Positions 39,889-51,468 of a DNA stretch of 64,000 nucleotides are shown in pieces (the first letter of the stretch is position 1; the number at the start of each line of letters is the position of its first letter). The notes under the pieces were generated by a model. The model worked only from the letters and a program-made list of their open reading frames with translations, was not told the DNA's origin and did no database searches. The stretch lies in NCBI GenBank assembly GCA_973895155.1, contig OZ316896.1, positions 4,241,595 to 4,305,594 of the forward strand, written 5' to 3'. Origin of the DNA: Marsupella aquatica. Its lineage: Eukaryota; Plantae; Marchantiophyta. The translations under genes and the position numbers were made by a program.

Positions 39889-40689
39889 TTCTGACTTTTT
39901 CACACTTGTTTTTCGAATAAAGAATCCCTTCCGAGGTTAAAAAAAGACTCCCAGATCACACAGTGCATCGGGCGGTCTGGTGTCAGGCCGAACAGGTTTT
40001 GGCGGGAACTCTTATAGTGCCGTACAAAGACTGCAGACTGCCCTATGAAGGTGGCGAATGGGAAGGCTGCATGCATGCTTGCCCAGACTGTAGATGACTA
40101 GATGTGCCTTTCGTTCATGGGAAGTGACGACGAATGTGGAGAACACAAGTGGAAAACAAAGGGGCAGCCGGGCAGACCTGCATAGTGAATGAACCTGGGC
40201 CTCCGGGCAGACCTAGAGAGTGAAAGACGAAGGCAGCCGATAAGCCGGGCAGTCCTCAACAGTGAACGACAAACGAAGGGGGCAGCTGGGCAGCCACTAA
40301 GGCATCGCCTGCAGGCGTAGTCATCATGAATGCGGATACGGCCCCCCATGATGCCAAACCAGGTGTAGGTTGACCCTCGATGCCGAGCGGGCCCCTATGC
40401 GCTGCCCGCTTTTGAAGGAGTGTGACTAGACTGGGTGCCCGGAACAAGATATCTAAACCCTGACCCACCGACCTTCTTGGCGACAAGTGTCCTTCGTGAC
40501 GATGAAAATACTTTCACGACGCGTGGCGTTGGAATAAGCAGACAAATGTTTTGAGTCAGACAAAATATAATATGCACGGGTAAGTCCGAAACGGGCAGCT
40601 CTCCTTTCCTATTGATGATGGAGCGAACTCGCATAATGGTGCGGTCCAAGATAAGATACTTTGCGTGTCGTCCCCTTTTCATTTATGTG

Positions 40690-40930
40690 TATACTATACT
40701 ACTACAGAACAAAAATTGTCCAACGGGGAGACAAATGAGGAGACCCAATATAAAGTAAAATATACACACTTTTTATATACAAAGGGACCAAACAGAGTAC
40801 AAATGAACAAACAAAAGAGGGCCCAATATAAAGGGTAAACCAAGGGAAAAACTTTGAAAGGCCAAAGAGCCAAAAGAACCTGATAATTTGACACAGCAGT
40901 AAAACGAACTAAAGTCCCACTCGAGCATAA
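40690..40930 (-). mobile_element. 3'UTR fragment related to the CRE-like element at 46540-47777
   Basis: Shares AATATACACA..AAAGGG.CCAAACAGAGTACAAA.GAA.AA.CAAAAGAGG.CCCAA with ~46709-46777. Confidence 0.55.
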
Positions 40931-41778
40931 TTTATAAGGTCCAATATGGCAAATCTCCAATTTTGCAAATCTCATTTTGTGTGAAGGAGAAGATGCCATA
41001 AATATTCCCTATCTGATTTTACTGCATTTTTTTGAACCTTCACATCTCCTCAGATTTAAGGACGAGTCTTTAGATTCTTGCTAATGGGGCCTATTGCCAG
41101 GTGGAAAACTGGCTATTGGAGGAAAGAAAACCTAAAAAGCTTCACTAAAAGTGATGAAAACATTTAGCAGAGGTGGGATCTAGCAAATTTCCACCACTCA
41201 AAAATGCTGCCCTACTCACCAGTAAACTGCAAAGGCTCCTAAAGCTCAGGAGTGAATTACATAGGAGAGTCAAGAAGACAAATTTGTTTAGAAGCACTTT
41301 AAAACCAACAGCCTCGCCCCAGAGAATAGTGGATGTATGAGCCGTTTGTAGTGCAAGACACATCAGTTATCTAAAGAAGATACCTGACACAGAAGTTGGG
41401 AGATAAGGCCCTTGCCCTTCCCCTCTTCCTTTTGGAATTTGTTTGATTGTGTAGACGAGCATTTCTGATCAATCAGATGTATTATACTTAGTGATCCAAG
41501 TATACATTTATGGCTAACTTTATAGAGTGAAGTCATAGGCCTATACTTTTACCAACATTTTTCTGGGAAGTAAAATCCAAGTTGAAAAGTGCAATGTACT
41601 TAGGAAAGGTTGTAGTCAGAATAGGTTGCCTTCAAGATTGATAAAACTTGACTGACAATTAATTGAGACGAGTCCACTACAATTGATTCACAATTGATAA
41701 GAGCCGAGAAGACAACAAGGTACCAACAAGAAAAGAGAAAAAATGTTGTAGACGGGAACTGCAGTGAGTAAGGTGTAG

Positions 41779-41877
41779 GGTAACCCATCCCCAAGAGGGG
41801 GTAATGGGCTGTAATCCCCGAGGGCATTGAGCCCGAGGGGGTTACAGCCAATTACCCCCAAGTGGGGATGAGTTACC
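41779..41877 (+). repeat. 99-bp imperfect inverted repeat (hairpin)
   Basis: 47-nt arms with 39/47 Watson-Crick complementarity and a 5-nt loop ATTGA (41826-41830). Confidence 0.92.
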
Positions 41878-42039
41878 GAGCGTAAGCCCCAGAGTGAAAT
41901 TTTGAAAAATATTCTCACGTTTATCTTGGGCGCCAGAATGGGAAACGTCACGTGGGGATAGTATTTGACACACTTCCATTGTTCACACCGGACAGTTTTG
42001 TCATTATTTTGTTTAGATTTGCTTAGATTTGCGTACGCC

Positions 42040-43742
42040 ATGGAAATCTCGATGTCAGCAAAGAGGAGTCGTAGCTCAATAGATCAAAAAGCTGTGTCAC
42101 GATTTGCAGCAATTGATCCTGTGGAGGTACATAATGTGAGTATCGGAGGCCATCAAAAGAGTGCTAAGTCAGAGGCCTGGGCGGAGAAGTCGTTCAATGA
42201 CTGGAGGGTGCATAGGGGATTCAGCATCGATACTAGCCTTGCAGACCTTTCCGAATGTGAGCCGAAGTTGTTGGTCGACTTGCTCACAGAATTCATTTTA
42301 CAGGTGAGGAGACAAGATGGTAAGTTGTATCCAGCAACTACCATTCAGAATATGCTTCGAGCAATTAATCGTGTAATTAGAGGTCGTCAAGAGATGCGGG
42401 CAGTGGAGAGTGGCGAAGCATTTATTCCAATAGACATTTTCAAGGCCCCTATGTACATGAAGGTGAAGCTTGCTGGAGATGAAGCTGCTACACGAGCAAT
42501 ATTGGCAGGGATTGGAAAGGAAATCAAGAAGAGTGACATCCTTAGTCCTGCGGAGGAAGCCAAAATGCTGCGTCTCCCACAGAATCAAGCTACATCTCCG
42601 ATGGGGACCAACTTGAGATTTGCATGGTACTGTGTGAACCGGTTTCTTATTAGAGGCTCTGGTGAGCTAAGATTGGTGGCGCAAGGCGATTTAATACTCT
42701 CCAAGACGGCAGCAGGCGAGTATGTCAGATTCTCTCAAAGTCTCTCCAAGAACTGGAAAGCAAGTGTGCAGAGATGCTCAGCGGAGCACTTGAGGCCACC
42801 CGTAGATGTTTACATGAAAGATGTTATAGTCACGTACAAGGTTATGATGTCTAAATGGCCAACCTGGCTGCCCGACGAATTGAACGAGCCCCATCCATTG
42901 TTCTTGCAGCCTAAACGAACTTGGCGTTTTCAGGATCCTGTGTGGTACACCAATGAGCCCATGGGAAAGAATACTTTAGAGAAGGCAGCACAGATGATGA
43001 CAAAGGAAATGCCAGAACTGGAGGGCAAAAGTATTACCAATAAGTCAGGTCGAACCACTGCCATCACTCGACTTCTGGACGCAGGCACCCCAGCAGAGTT
43101 TGGCATTGAAATATCGGGGCATCATGATGTGAAATCTTTTAAAAAGTACGTATCTAGTTGTGTAGAGTACGCATTGTGCAATATTTGATAGAAGACTAAG
43201 AGTTGTTCCCGTTCTGGTCATTTATGCCTCGACTGTGTCCCTTTGATGTGCTTTCATTGTGCATTCTTTCATGTTTACAATCTGAGACTTCTTGTAGGTA
43301 CAATCGAGGTGACAAGGAGGTGAGAGAGAGAGAGCAATGCAGAGAATCGTTGGTGCAGAGATAGTTGGAGGAAAGCTCATGAAGTGGAGTGAGGCCCTGG
43401 ATCTAGAGATTAAACATCTTGAAGAGATTCAGATGCAAGAAGTATCAGCAATGGAGACGTCGCTAGCAATGTCGAATGGAAAGGAAACAATGCAAATTAT
43501 TTCCAAAAGAAGACGAGGACGATGCTAAGTTCTGGGGCTCTGATGAAGTTTAGACTCTCTTAGAGCATACTGAGATGAAAACAAAGAAAGTGGTTGTTGC
43601 TACTGCTTCGAGCTCTGAAGGCCACACTTTTCGGGATCTAACTAATTGTCCAATTACTATTATCAACATCACTGACCCCAACGCAGCCCTCAAATGCATA
43701 GGGAGTTTGAATTTCCATCTGAAGGAGAACGCTGCAGCCTGA
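42040..43742 (+). CDS. DUF3504/Crypton-type tyrosine recombinase; exon 1 42040-43145 intact, intron 43146-43297, exon 2 frameshifted
   Basis: Motifs YPATTIQNML, FLIRGSGELR, SKNW, LFLQP..WYTNEPMGKNTL, TNKSGRTTAITRL and SGHHDVKSFKK/Y. Intron is AA|GTACGT..TTGTAG|G. The tail motif is FRDLTNCPITIINI. Confidence 0.85.
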
Positions 43743-43940
43743 CCAGGATTTGATTGTTTGTTTATTTGATTCAAATTAGACGTAAGAGACGTAGATCCAA
43801 TTCGATTGACCAGGATTTGATTGTTTGTTTATTTGATTCAAATTAGATGTAAGAGACGTAGATACAATTCGACTGACCAGGATTTGATTGATTCTTTATT
43901 TGATTTAAATTAGACGTAAGAGACGTAGATCCAATTTGAC
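43740..43940. repeat. 67-bp tandem repeat, 3 copies
   Basis: TGACCAGGATTTGATTG.. starts at 43740, 43807 and 43874. Confidence 0.95.
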
Positions 43941-44394
43941 GTATAAAATAGATAGATAGCTTGATCTGATCAATCCAATTTAGATACAAGAGATGTGGAT
44001 TTGGACATGCGACAGAAATATAGCTTCATTTGATTTGATTAGAAGTAGATTGCATTGTTGTACGTACAGATTAATTGACATGATATTGAAACGGTTTATT
44101 TCATTGATCATTGTCAGGCTGCAAGTCCATGGATTGACTGTTTATCCTCATGTTTCATTCAATTTTGCATGGTCTCTCTCTTCTGGTGTTTGATTCAATT
44201 TAGACGTAGACTGCATTACTGTACAGAAATTGAATATTGTTTCGCTCCATGTTGAACATTACCTTAGTTTGTTCTCAGTTAGTTCTCAAAGCTCCAGGGT
44301 CGATGGTCTCTCTGTCCTCATCGACTTAATTCAGATATTGAACAAGTTTGAGTTACACTGCAACATGTGTGCGTAGCTTTTGTCAGTGTTTGCC

Positions 44395-44557
44395 ACTTGT
44401 GGTTGGCAGCCTCCGCTGCCAGGGTCCGTAGCTTACTATGTAAAAAAGTTACAATGTACTTTCAAAATTACTTGTGGTTGGCAGCGTCCGTTGCCATGGC
44501 GCGCTGCCAGGGTCCGTGGCTTACAATGTAAAAAAGTGAAAATGTACTTTCAAAATA
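44395..44557. repeat. two-copy subterminal direct repeat (~75-88 bp)
   Basis: ACTTGTGGTTGGCAGC..CGCTGCCAGGGTCCGT.GCTTAC.ATGTAAAAAAGT..AATGTACTTTCAAAAT at 44395 and 44470. Confidence 0.9.
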
Positions 44558-44698
44558 GGGAATCCCCAGGCCAGGCTAGCTCAGGGGTTCTGTGGCCCCA
44601 CCCGCGGGGTAATGCCTCATAACCCCTTGTAAAAACACAAAGACAAAAATTCAGGAGGGGTTAACGAAATCAGTTTCTCTGTTTTCATTCAGGTTACC

Positions 44699-44789
44699 TG
44701 TTGTGGACAATCTCTTATCAAAATATGGTCTCTTGATTCAGAATGGTTCATTCAAATGGTCATCTTTTGATAATAGATTGTCCACAACA
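44699..44789 (+). repeat. 91-nt fold-back (miRNA-precursor-like or miniature inverted-repeat element)
   Basis: Outer 25-nt arms are 24/25 complementary, and the stem extends inward with G-U pairs on the + strand. Confidence 0.8.
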
Positions 44790-45339
44790 TCAAGACTATA
44801 ATAGGCACTCCTCTTTGCTGGATTCAATCATAGGATTTGCAGGTGTTGAGTCTCTTTTGAAAAGGAAATTAGAAACTACATAATTCTGGAATGAGGAGTT
44901 TATAGGAACGATTAAAAGTGGCCATTGTCGAGTACTCAATTAGCACAAAAAATTCTCCTTACACCACTTTGTTGCCACCCACAAAATGCTGGAAGTTTGG
45001 AAACAATGAACAACACAGTCCTAGAAGGCCTAAACAATGCATGTTTCCGTTGCACAAAACCCCTGGAACAAGGCCGGGCCAAAAAGGCTAAAAGGCAAAA
45101 TGAAGAGAAAGCAGGAGAGAATGCCACTAGGCATTATACCTCAACGGAAGAAGCAATCTTTGCCACTAGGGGGAGAAAGAAATTGCAGTCATTGCCTCAC
45201 CCCCCTCTCGGTTGAAGATTGGAGGAACGCAAACAATTCAAGTCGGGAAGCAAGCGTTGTGGACAAGCAATGTCGACGTAATCACAGAAATCAATTTGCA
45301 GCGACTAAGTTTGTGACGGTGACGAGATTGTGACATCTC

Positions 45340-45830
45340 TTAATCGAGAAAGTGTTTCCAATGAGCCTACGATTAAATTTTTTTGTCAAGTTCCGTATGA
45401 GTTTTTGAATTTCTCTGCCTTTCCAATGAGTGTGACAATAAAAAAATTTGATCATGAGTTCTGGAATTCTTTTAGCTTTCCAACATTGAGTCCAACATTG
45501 ACAAATTTTATGTCAAATTTTGTCATTGTACTAAAAGAGATCATGAGGTTTTCAATCTCTCTAGCTTTCTAATGTGTGACATTGGGAGTACTCGTCAAGA
45601 ATTAGAGAGATCATGAGTATCTAAATTTCTCTAGCTTTCCAATGAATTTAACGTTGATAGATTTGGCCAAGTACTAAGGAGATGATGAGTTTCTAATTTT
45701 ACTCTAGCTTTCCAATGAGTGTGATATTGAGAGATTTTATCAAGACAGTATTAAAAAGGTCATGAATTTCTAGATCTTGAGCTTGATAGATTGACAGATT
45801 TCATCAAGTACTAAGGAGATTGATTATTTA
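45340..45830. repeat. degenerate ~60-85-bp tandem array, probably a DNA-transposon interior
   Basis: Recurrent (CTA)GCTTTCCAATGAG and GATCATGAG(T) motifs. Confidence 0.6.
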
Positions 45831-46539
45831 GTTTTATAATGTGGAGCCAAAGGGTTTCTAACTATGTACATTTGTATCGATTGGTTTTTTCAAACTTGCA
45901 AACAATTAAAATATACAAGCATTTTTATGTAAAACACTGATATATCATTGACAAACATCAAATTGGTAACTTTATTTTACTAAATGACATCTCTTCATTT
46001 GTATCATGTTGGTGTTTTTTATGATTAAAACTTACGGCATGGTGCCCCCAAAATTACGTTGCTTTTGCCACAAACATGAATGTGCGCTTTTGTTATTGTC
46101 AAAATAAGATCTTTCCTGTTTGTGGCTGGTTGTGCTGATGTGGCACAACCTCGTGGCAGGGAATTTTCAAGGGACCTCTCATGGGGGTAAGTAAACAATA
46201 CAAAGAACCTTTTAGCACCAAGTTTCAAGTTCAATCCCAAACCTATGTGCTCTAGTTTCAATGCTAGGTACCTATAGGTTATGCTCTAGAGGGTCTCAGG
46301 CGGGCAAGCTCAATTAAAGTGTTATGTGCCATAGGCTCTTTGTAGGAGTGTAGGAATTTCTATTAAAACAATACAGAGATATATACCAATGGGTGGTCTT
46401 GCACTTTCCCCTTTCCTCTAAACCACAAGAAACTACGTGTGAACCTCACCTAAGTGGAGCATCTCCATTGGCTTAGTGGCCAATGACCCTCAAACAATAG
46501 AAATAGAGGTGCATTAATGAGGATTGATATGGTGAAAGA

Positions 46540-47777
46540 AACTAACCAAACAGGGACACAATAACTAAAAGGTCAGGGACCCAACAAAGGGGGAAAAACA
46601 AGGAAAAAAATCCCAGGAAGACAAACGAGCCAAAAAGCCCAAGAAGTTACACAAAACTGCAAAGGAACTATTTTTGTGTGTGGGTTGGCTTAACCAGACT
46701 AACCTGTGAATATACACAAACGTTTTACAGAAAAGGGCCAAACAGAGTACAAAAGAATAACCAAAAGAGGTCCCAAGTGGGCAAAACCAAACGCAAAAGA
46801 AGTGAGTGAAAGGAAACCTCTAAGAACCAAGAAAGGGGAACTAAAACAACTGCAAATGGACCGAGGTCCTTATCATTCCTAGCTAGTGTGGCTAATAGCT
46901 AAAGGTCCACATCAAGTGTCAAAACTAAATCGGCAAGTGGGAATGAAATGTCCTCTAGGGGGGCTAGCCGCTGTGGAGGCACACTAGCACCCACTGTCAG
47001 AGATCAACGATGGATGGGCCGAGCTTGAGCACGCTATAAGGTGACTGAAATGCATTGGCAAAATTGCGTGGTCAAAACGTATAGCGGGGGTCTGGTGGGA
47101 CCCATCCGGCCATGAACATCCCGAGCAGCTTGTTGAAGAAGCCCGTCAAATTGTTGATGGAGATGCCCAAATATCTCAAGAGCAAGGGGGAGAAAGCTAT
47201 TAGATGAAGCTCGGGCAGCATATCTGGCCTCCTTTGTTGTTGCCGCTCGTGATGCCGCTGCCCCTGCCATTGTTGCCACTGACCCAATGATGTCTTGGCG
47301 CAATGGGTTTGCCACTACTACATCTGCCAAAGTACGTTGACCCTCATGGACCATGGTAAGATCCACCCGTAACCGCTGTGATGGAGGACCAGGTAACTCG
47401 AGCACCACCTCCCGCCGCATGCTAACCAAAGAGCCAGAGAGAACCTGAGCAGTCTCATCTCTCACAACATCGTGAACAAAAATGGTTTCGCCGCCCAAAC
47501 AGCACCAAAGAAGATGGACACCTGCATCACAAGGCTTCCCACAAGTGCAAGAGGGAGGTAAACCAGCAAGAAGTGGGTGGGGCAACCCCATACGAAGACG
47601 CATGGCTGTCAAGAACTCCGCTGAAGACATCCGCAAATGAGGAATGACTGGATTGGCCTGAAGCCAACCCCCCGCGCCCTTCCCTCCGGACGAAAGAAGT
47701 GGTTTGGGGACACATAGAGGCTCATAATTTGTCCAAGCCAGCACCCCGCAAAATTTGGGGAAAATGAGCAGGACCAA
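46540..47777 (-). mobile_element. 5'-truncated non-LTR retrotransposon with restriction-like endonuclease (CRE-like)
   Basis: ORF 47034-47777 has RLRMGLPHP, CTC..HLLWC zinc motif, HDVVRD, RVD, TLADV, KEARY and FLPLALEIFG, which are the CCHC plus PD-(D/E)xK RLE signatures. A T-rich 3'UTR follows on the minus strand. Confidence 0.8.
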
Positions 47778-50040
47778 AATGTGATAGTTTTTGTTTGTAG
47801 ACTATAGCCAGCACCCATGTTCTTGTGCTGGCTATAACTGGCATATAGATAGCATATTCTCCTCAACCAAGGTGACATTTGCCACCCTCATTCTCCTCCC
47901 AATCTCCATTTTACACCCACATCCCCAACTTTAGTTATACCCCAAGTCACTATCTAGAGACTTTACTCTAGACCATAGCCCTGAAGAGTATTTTTCTATC
48001 CTGATTATATACTTAGATAGCATTACTACACAAGTAATGTCATTTTAAAGTTTTTTTCAGTCTATGAATATAGTGCAGGGACATTGAATGTCCTCAACTC
48101 TCACATTAATTTTATCTTCCTAAAAGCACACTCAGGATATTAAAGAAAGTCACTGATACATCGACAGTCCAGATGTATATAGTTATGACTTGTTTAGAGG
48201 GCATTGTGGGATATAATGCCCCCAAAACCAGAGCTTATTCTCTAGTTTTGACAATGCTTGGGAAACAGGGCCTTATTACACTTAAAAGTCCTGAAAGATT
48301 TATCTTTTTACTAATTTAGTAAAGGTATGGGAGATTCTTCCTAAAGACATGATTCAAATCTTGACCGGGGCATTCTTGTTCAAGAATGCACTGAAAATAC
48401 AAATGTTAAAAATCTCCAAGGACATTAGGGATTGAGAAGCTTTTACAAAACATGATTGACAGTAATCACCATTGTTTTTGTTGCAAAAATAGCCAAATTG
48501 CACCTGAACAGTGGTGGTCAATTTTGGCCAAAATTAGTCAGGCTTTTTGTCTTAGATTAGCCAGTTTTTCACTTAGCCGCAGTCCCCATTAGCCAAATGG
48601 TTATCCTTATATCTAGGGAGATCTAAAGATCAGACATCAATCTAGTGAAATCAGGTGTGGAATATTCTTAGGATCTTCTGCTGGGCCACAACCGTGTGCC
48701 AAGGAGAAAAATGTGACTAAAAACTTAAAACCCCAGTGAAACAGAAAAGAAACCTTAAAAGTTACCCTGACATAATGCCATCTGCTCGGATTACTCTCAC
48801 CGCAGCAAGGAGTGTGCTTTTCATCGACAACCCAAATTGTATGTTTGTCTGCCAAGATAAGTGGTGGAAAGTTCTCAAAATTGTCACATGCGGGATCATA
48901 TGAACGCCTTAGTAAGAACCTGTGTTCTCACTGGATACTGAAGTCTGTCATGGTTTAAAAGGGAGAGAAGACAAAGGGTGAGGGCAACCTGTTCTTGCGG
49001 TCATGCTCCAAACACATGGCATAGTCTAAACAAAGCCTGAGAAGTAGTCAAGGTTTTCTTCGGCAACTCATTCTGTGACACCAAACATGGCATGCAAATT
49101 TTTTCAATCTAATCCTTATCAGGCTGTGGCCAGGCCTTATAGTGTTACGAGATAATAACTGAGAGAATATACTAGGTGGACTTCAATAGACTCACTAGAA
49201 AAATGGCTTAACACCATGAACTAAGCAAAGCAAGAGACTTTTTTTTATAGCAAAGCAAGAATTTTGTGGGGGTTCCCGACAGAATTGCCTATCATATTGA
49301 ACAGAGCATCAATCCATCAGAATTGAATATCATACCAAACAGAGTATAGATCCATTGCTGCAAATCTTGTAGGCATTCCCTGATTTTCTGGCATAGGCAT
49401 CCCTCCCTTCACTTCCAATGAACATGCCAGGTGCAGGTTCCAATACAACATCTACCTTAATGTCTATTGTAGTTGGTAATTCAGGTTTTCAGCTGTCCTC
49501 CCACTTACGAATGATTTCTTCTATCGCCCCTTTCTTTGGCCTCTCCTTAATAAGTATTAAGGGGTTCAAATTTCCCTACATTGTGAGAAAGGGTATGAAT
49601 ATTTGGGGGAGGCAATAATTGTGGTCAGAAATCTAACAGGCAGCCTTCTAGTACTGAGACAGCTATGAAGTCATAGACTCATATCACAGCTATTCGTCAA
49701 GGCCAAGGAGGAAAGGGATGCCTAGATTGAGGTTTCCTTGTCACTCCAAATGGATGCTAATAAATCCCATTCCAAACAAACACCTAAAACTGTCAACCCA
49801 CAAGTGAACCATCTGTGCGTGGACCAGCAAAGAGGTCTTCAAATTGAGTTTAAGCAAACTAAAGGCAAAAGTATATAAAAAAGAAGAAGGAAAAAGTAGA
49901 GAGAGAAAACGTTTTGGCTGGAAAAAGTTTAAATGACCAGCAAAATCTGGCCACTACGTACGGTAGCTCTGTATGCATGCTTGAGAATTTACACTTGTGA
50001 GAATGTACTCTTAATCACATTTTTTTTAGTGGGAAAATCT

Positions 50041-50447
50041 TGCTAGATTACACTTCATTGACAAGTCTATTAGGTTATGTCTCTAGTAGAATCCATTTAT
50101 CTTCATAATACTAGTCAGACTTTAGTAGACTAGAATAGTACTAGTTTGAGCTCTAGGTTCCCATAGAACATCGAAGGGGGTATACCCCAAGGGGGTATAC
50201 CTGAGGGGAACATAAACTTGTGCTCACCCTAGAAGGTTCAATCTCTAGGAAAGAGAGTGAATTGAGAGAAAGAGCTTTAGCATGTTGACTATGAAGCAAG
50301 TGTAATCATGTTGAGTATTATTGAATTTCTCTCACAATTGTGGACATAACCTAGACGAGATGAACCACTTACTTGCAGTGTCAAAATCTATGTATATTGT
50401 TCACCTATGTTGATAGTATCTAATTAAGTTTAGATTTATTCCCAACA
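50041..50447 (+). mobile_element. diverged LTR-like remnant
   Basis: GTGGACATAACC..ATGAACCAC motif and a CCCAACA end; no TSD found. Confidence 0.35.
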
Positions 50448-50739
50448 ACTTCTTAGTCATATTTTTTAAATTTGGCAAAACATTGTGGGGTTAACTATTT
50501 TGTATTAGCTAATTTTCCACCTAGACACAAATCCCATTAGCCAGAATCTGACAGAATATATTGGTTTAGAGATTGATCTAGCGAACACGTTATCCAGATC
50601 TACTTTTTGGGAGATCTATCGTCAATTGAATCTAAGAAGATTAAAGAAAGATTGTTCTAGAATCTTATATTGTACACACAATGGTGCCATAGGCCGCCCT
50701 GGCTAAAAGGAAAAAAAACCTTAATTAAAAATTGAAGCC

Positions 50740-51210
50740 GGTCTCCATCCATCTTGTGTTCCCCCTCTTGTTGTCACCATGCCACATTGGAAGGGCGGGG
50801 AGAAAAACTCCCTGTTCCCTCCCAGAGTCCCGTCCCGTCGCTTCCCAATCCACCCACCCATCCGCTGCACCCATCAGTCCGTTCACCCGTACGTCCTCCT
50901 CTTCCTTTTCTTTCGGCCTTGGAAAGTGAACTTTCGTAAACAATATCAACACCAAATGAACAGTTACGCGGCACGTACATCTCACTCTTTCCCTCAGGGC
51001 CACGGTCTGCCCGACCCGTACATCTTCCGGCCTGTCAACATTCTGGAAAGGCCGAATCAGGTACTCCTCGCCCTTTCACCTTGCCCGCGGGCAGGAGGTG
51101 AGGGAGTGCACAACGACAGCCTCCACCTGCAACCCGTCTGGTCTGCCCGATGTTTCCGTCTGCCAACATTAGGGGAAGCAAAAGAGAGGGTGTCTCAAAG
51201 CTTCCTACTG
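50740..51210 (+). promoter_or_regulatory. CpG-retaining island, possible 5'UTR and first coding exon (MNSYAARTSHSFPQGHGLPDPYIFRPVNILERPNQ)
   Basis: CpG-rich, pyrimidine-rich leader, ATG near 50957, and candidate donors CAG|GTACT (51061) and GAG|GTGAG (51098). Confidence 0.3.
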
Positions 51211-51468
51211 TAGTTATTTATGATAGCTTTTGACTAAAAACAAATGACCATAATTTTTTCATAGGGTTATGTATTTATTGTCCTTTTCACTAGTCTCTAC
51301 AGTGACTTCTGACCATGTCATATGACCAATGTGTATGGATCTTGAATTTGGCATTCCATAACTTTTTCTAGTTTGGGACCCCTAGTGCAAATGCATCCAG
51401 ATCAGATACTCCTCCCTTTTACCTTGCCCGAGAGCAGAAGGTGAAATGTACCATTTTTGAAAATTTTG

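Larger units (their letters stand above)
41746..44631 (+). mobile_element. Crypton-like tyrosine-recombinase DNA transposon
   Basis: Single recombinase gene, no RT, no TIRs, subterminal hairpin, and TTGTA at 41746-41750 and 44627-44631. The boundaries are inferred. Confidence 0.75.

Noticed and set aside
41965-43188. Bacterial or phage integrase, and the track's 407-aa boundaries
   Set aside because: Motifs are DUF3504-type, the gene has a GT-AG intron and the context is eukaryotic. The TTG start is unlikely; ATG 42040 is preferred.
43740-43940. CRISPR array (also considered for 29222-29382, 40168-40266 and 51900-52340)
   Set aside because: These are tandem repeats without unique equal-length spacers, there are no cas genes, and the DNA is eukaryotic.
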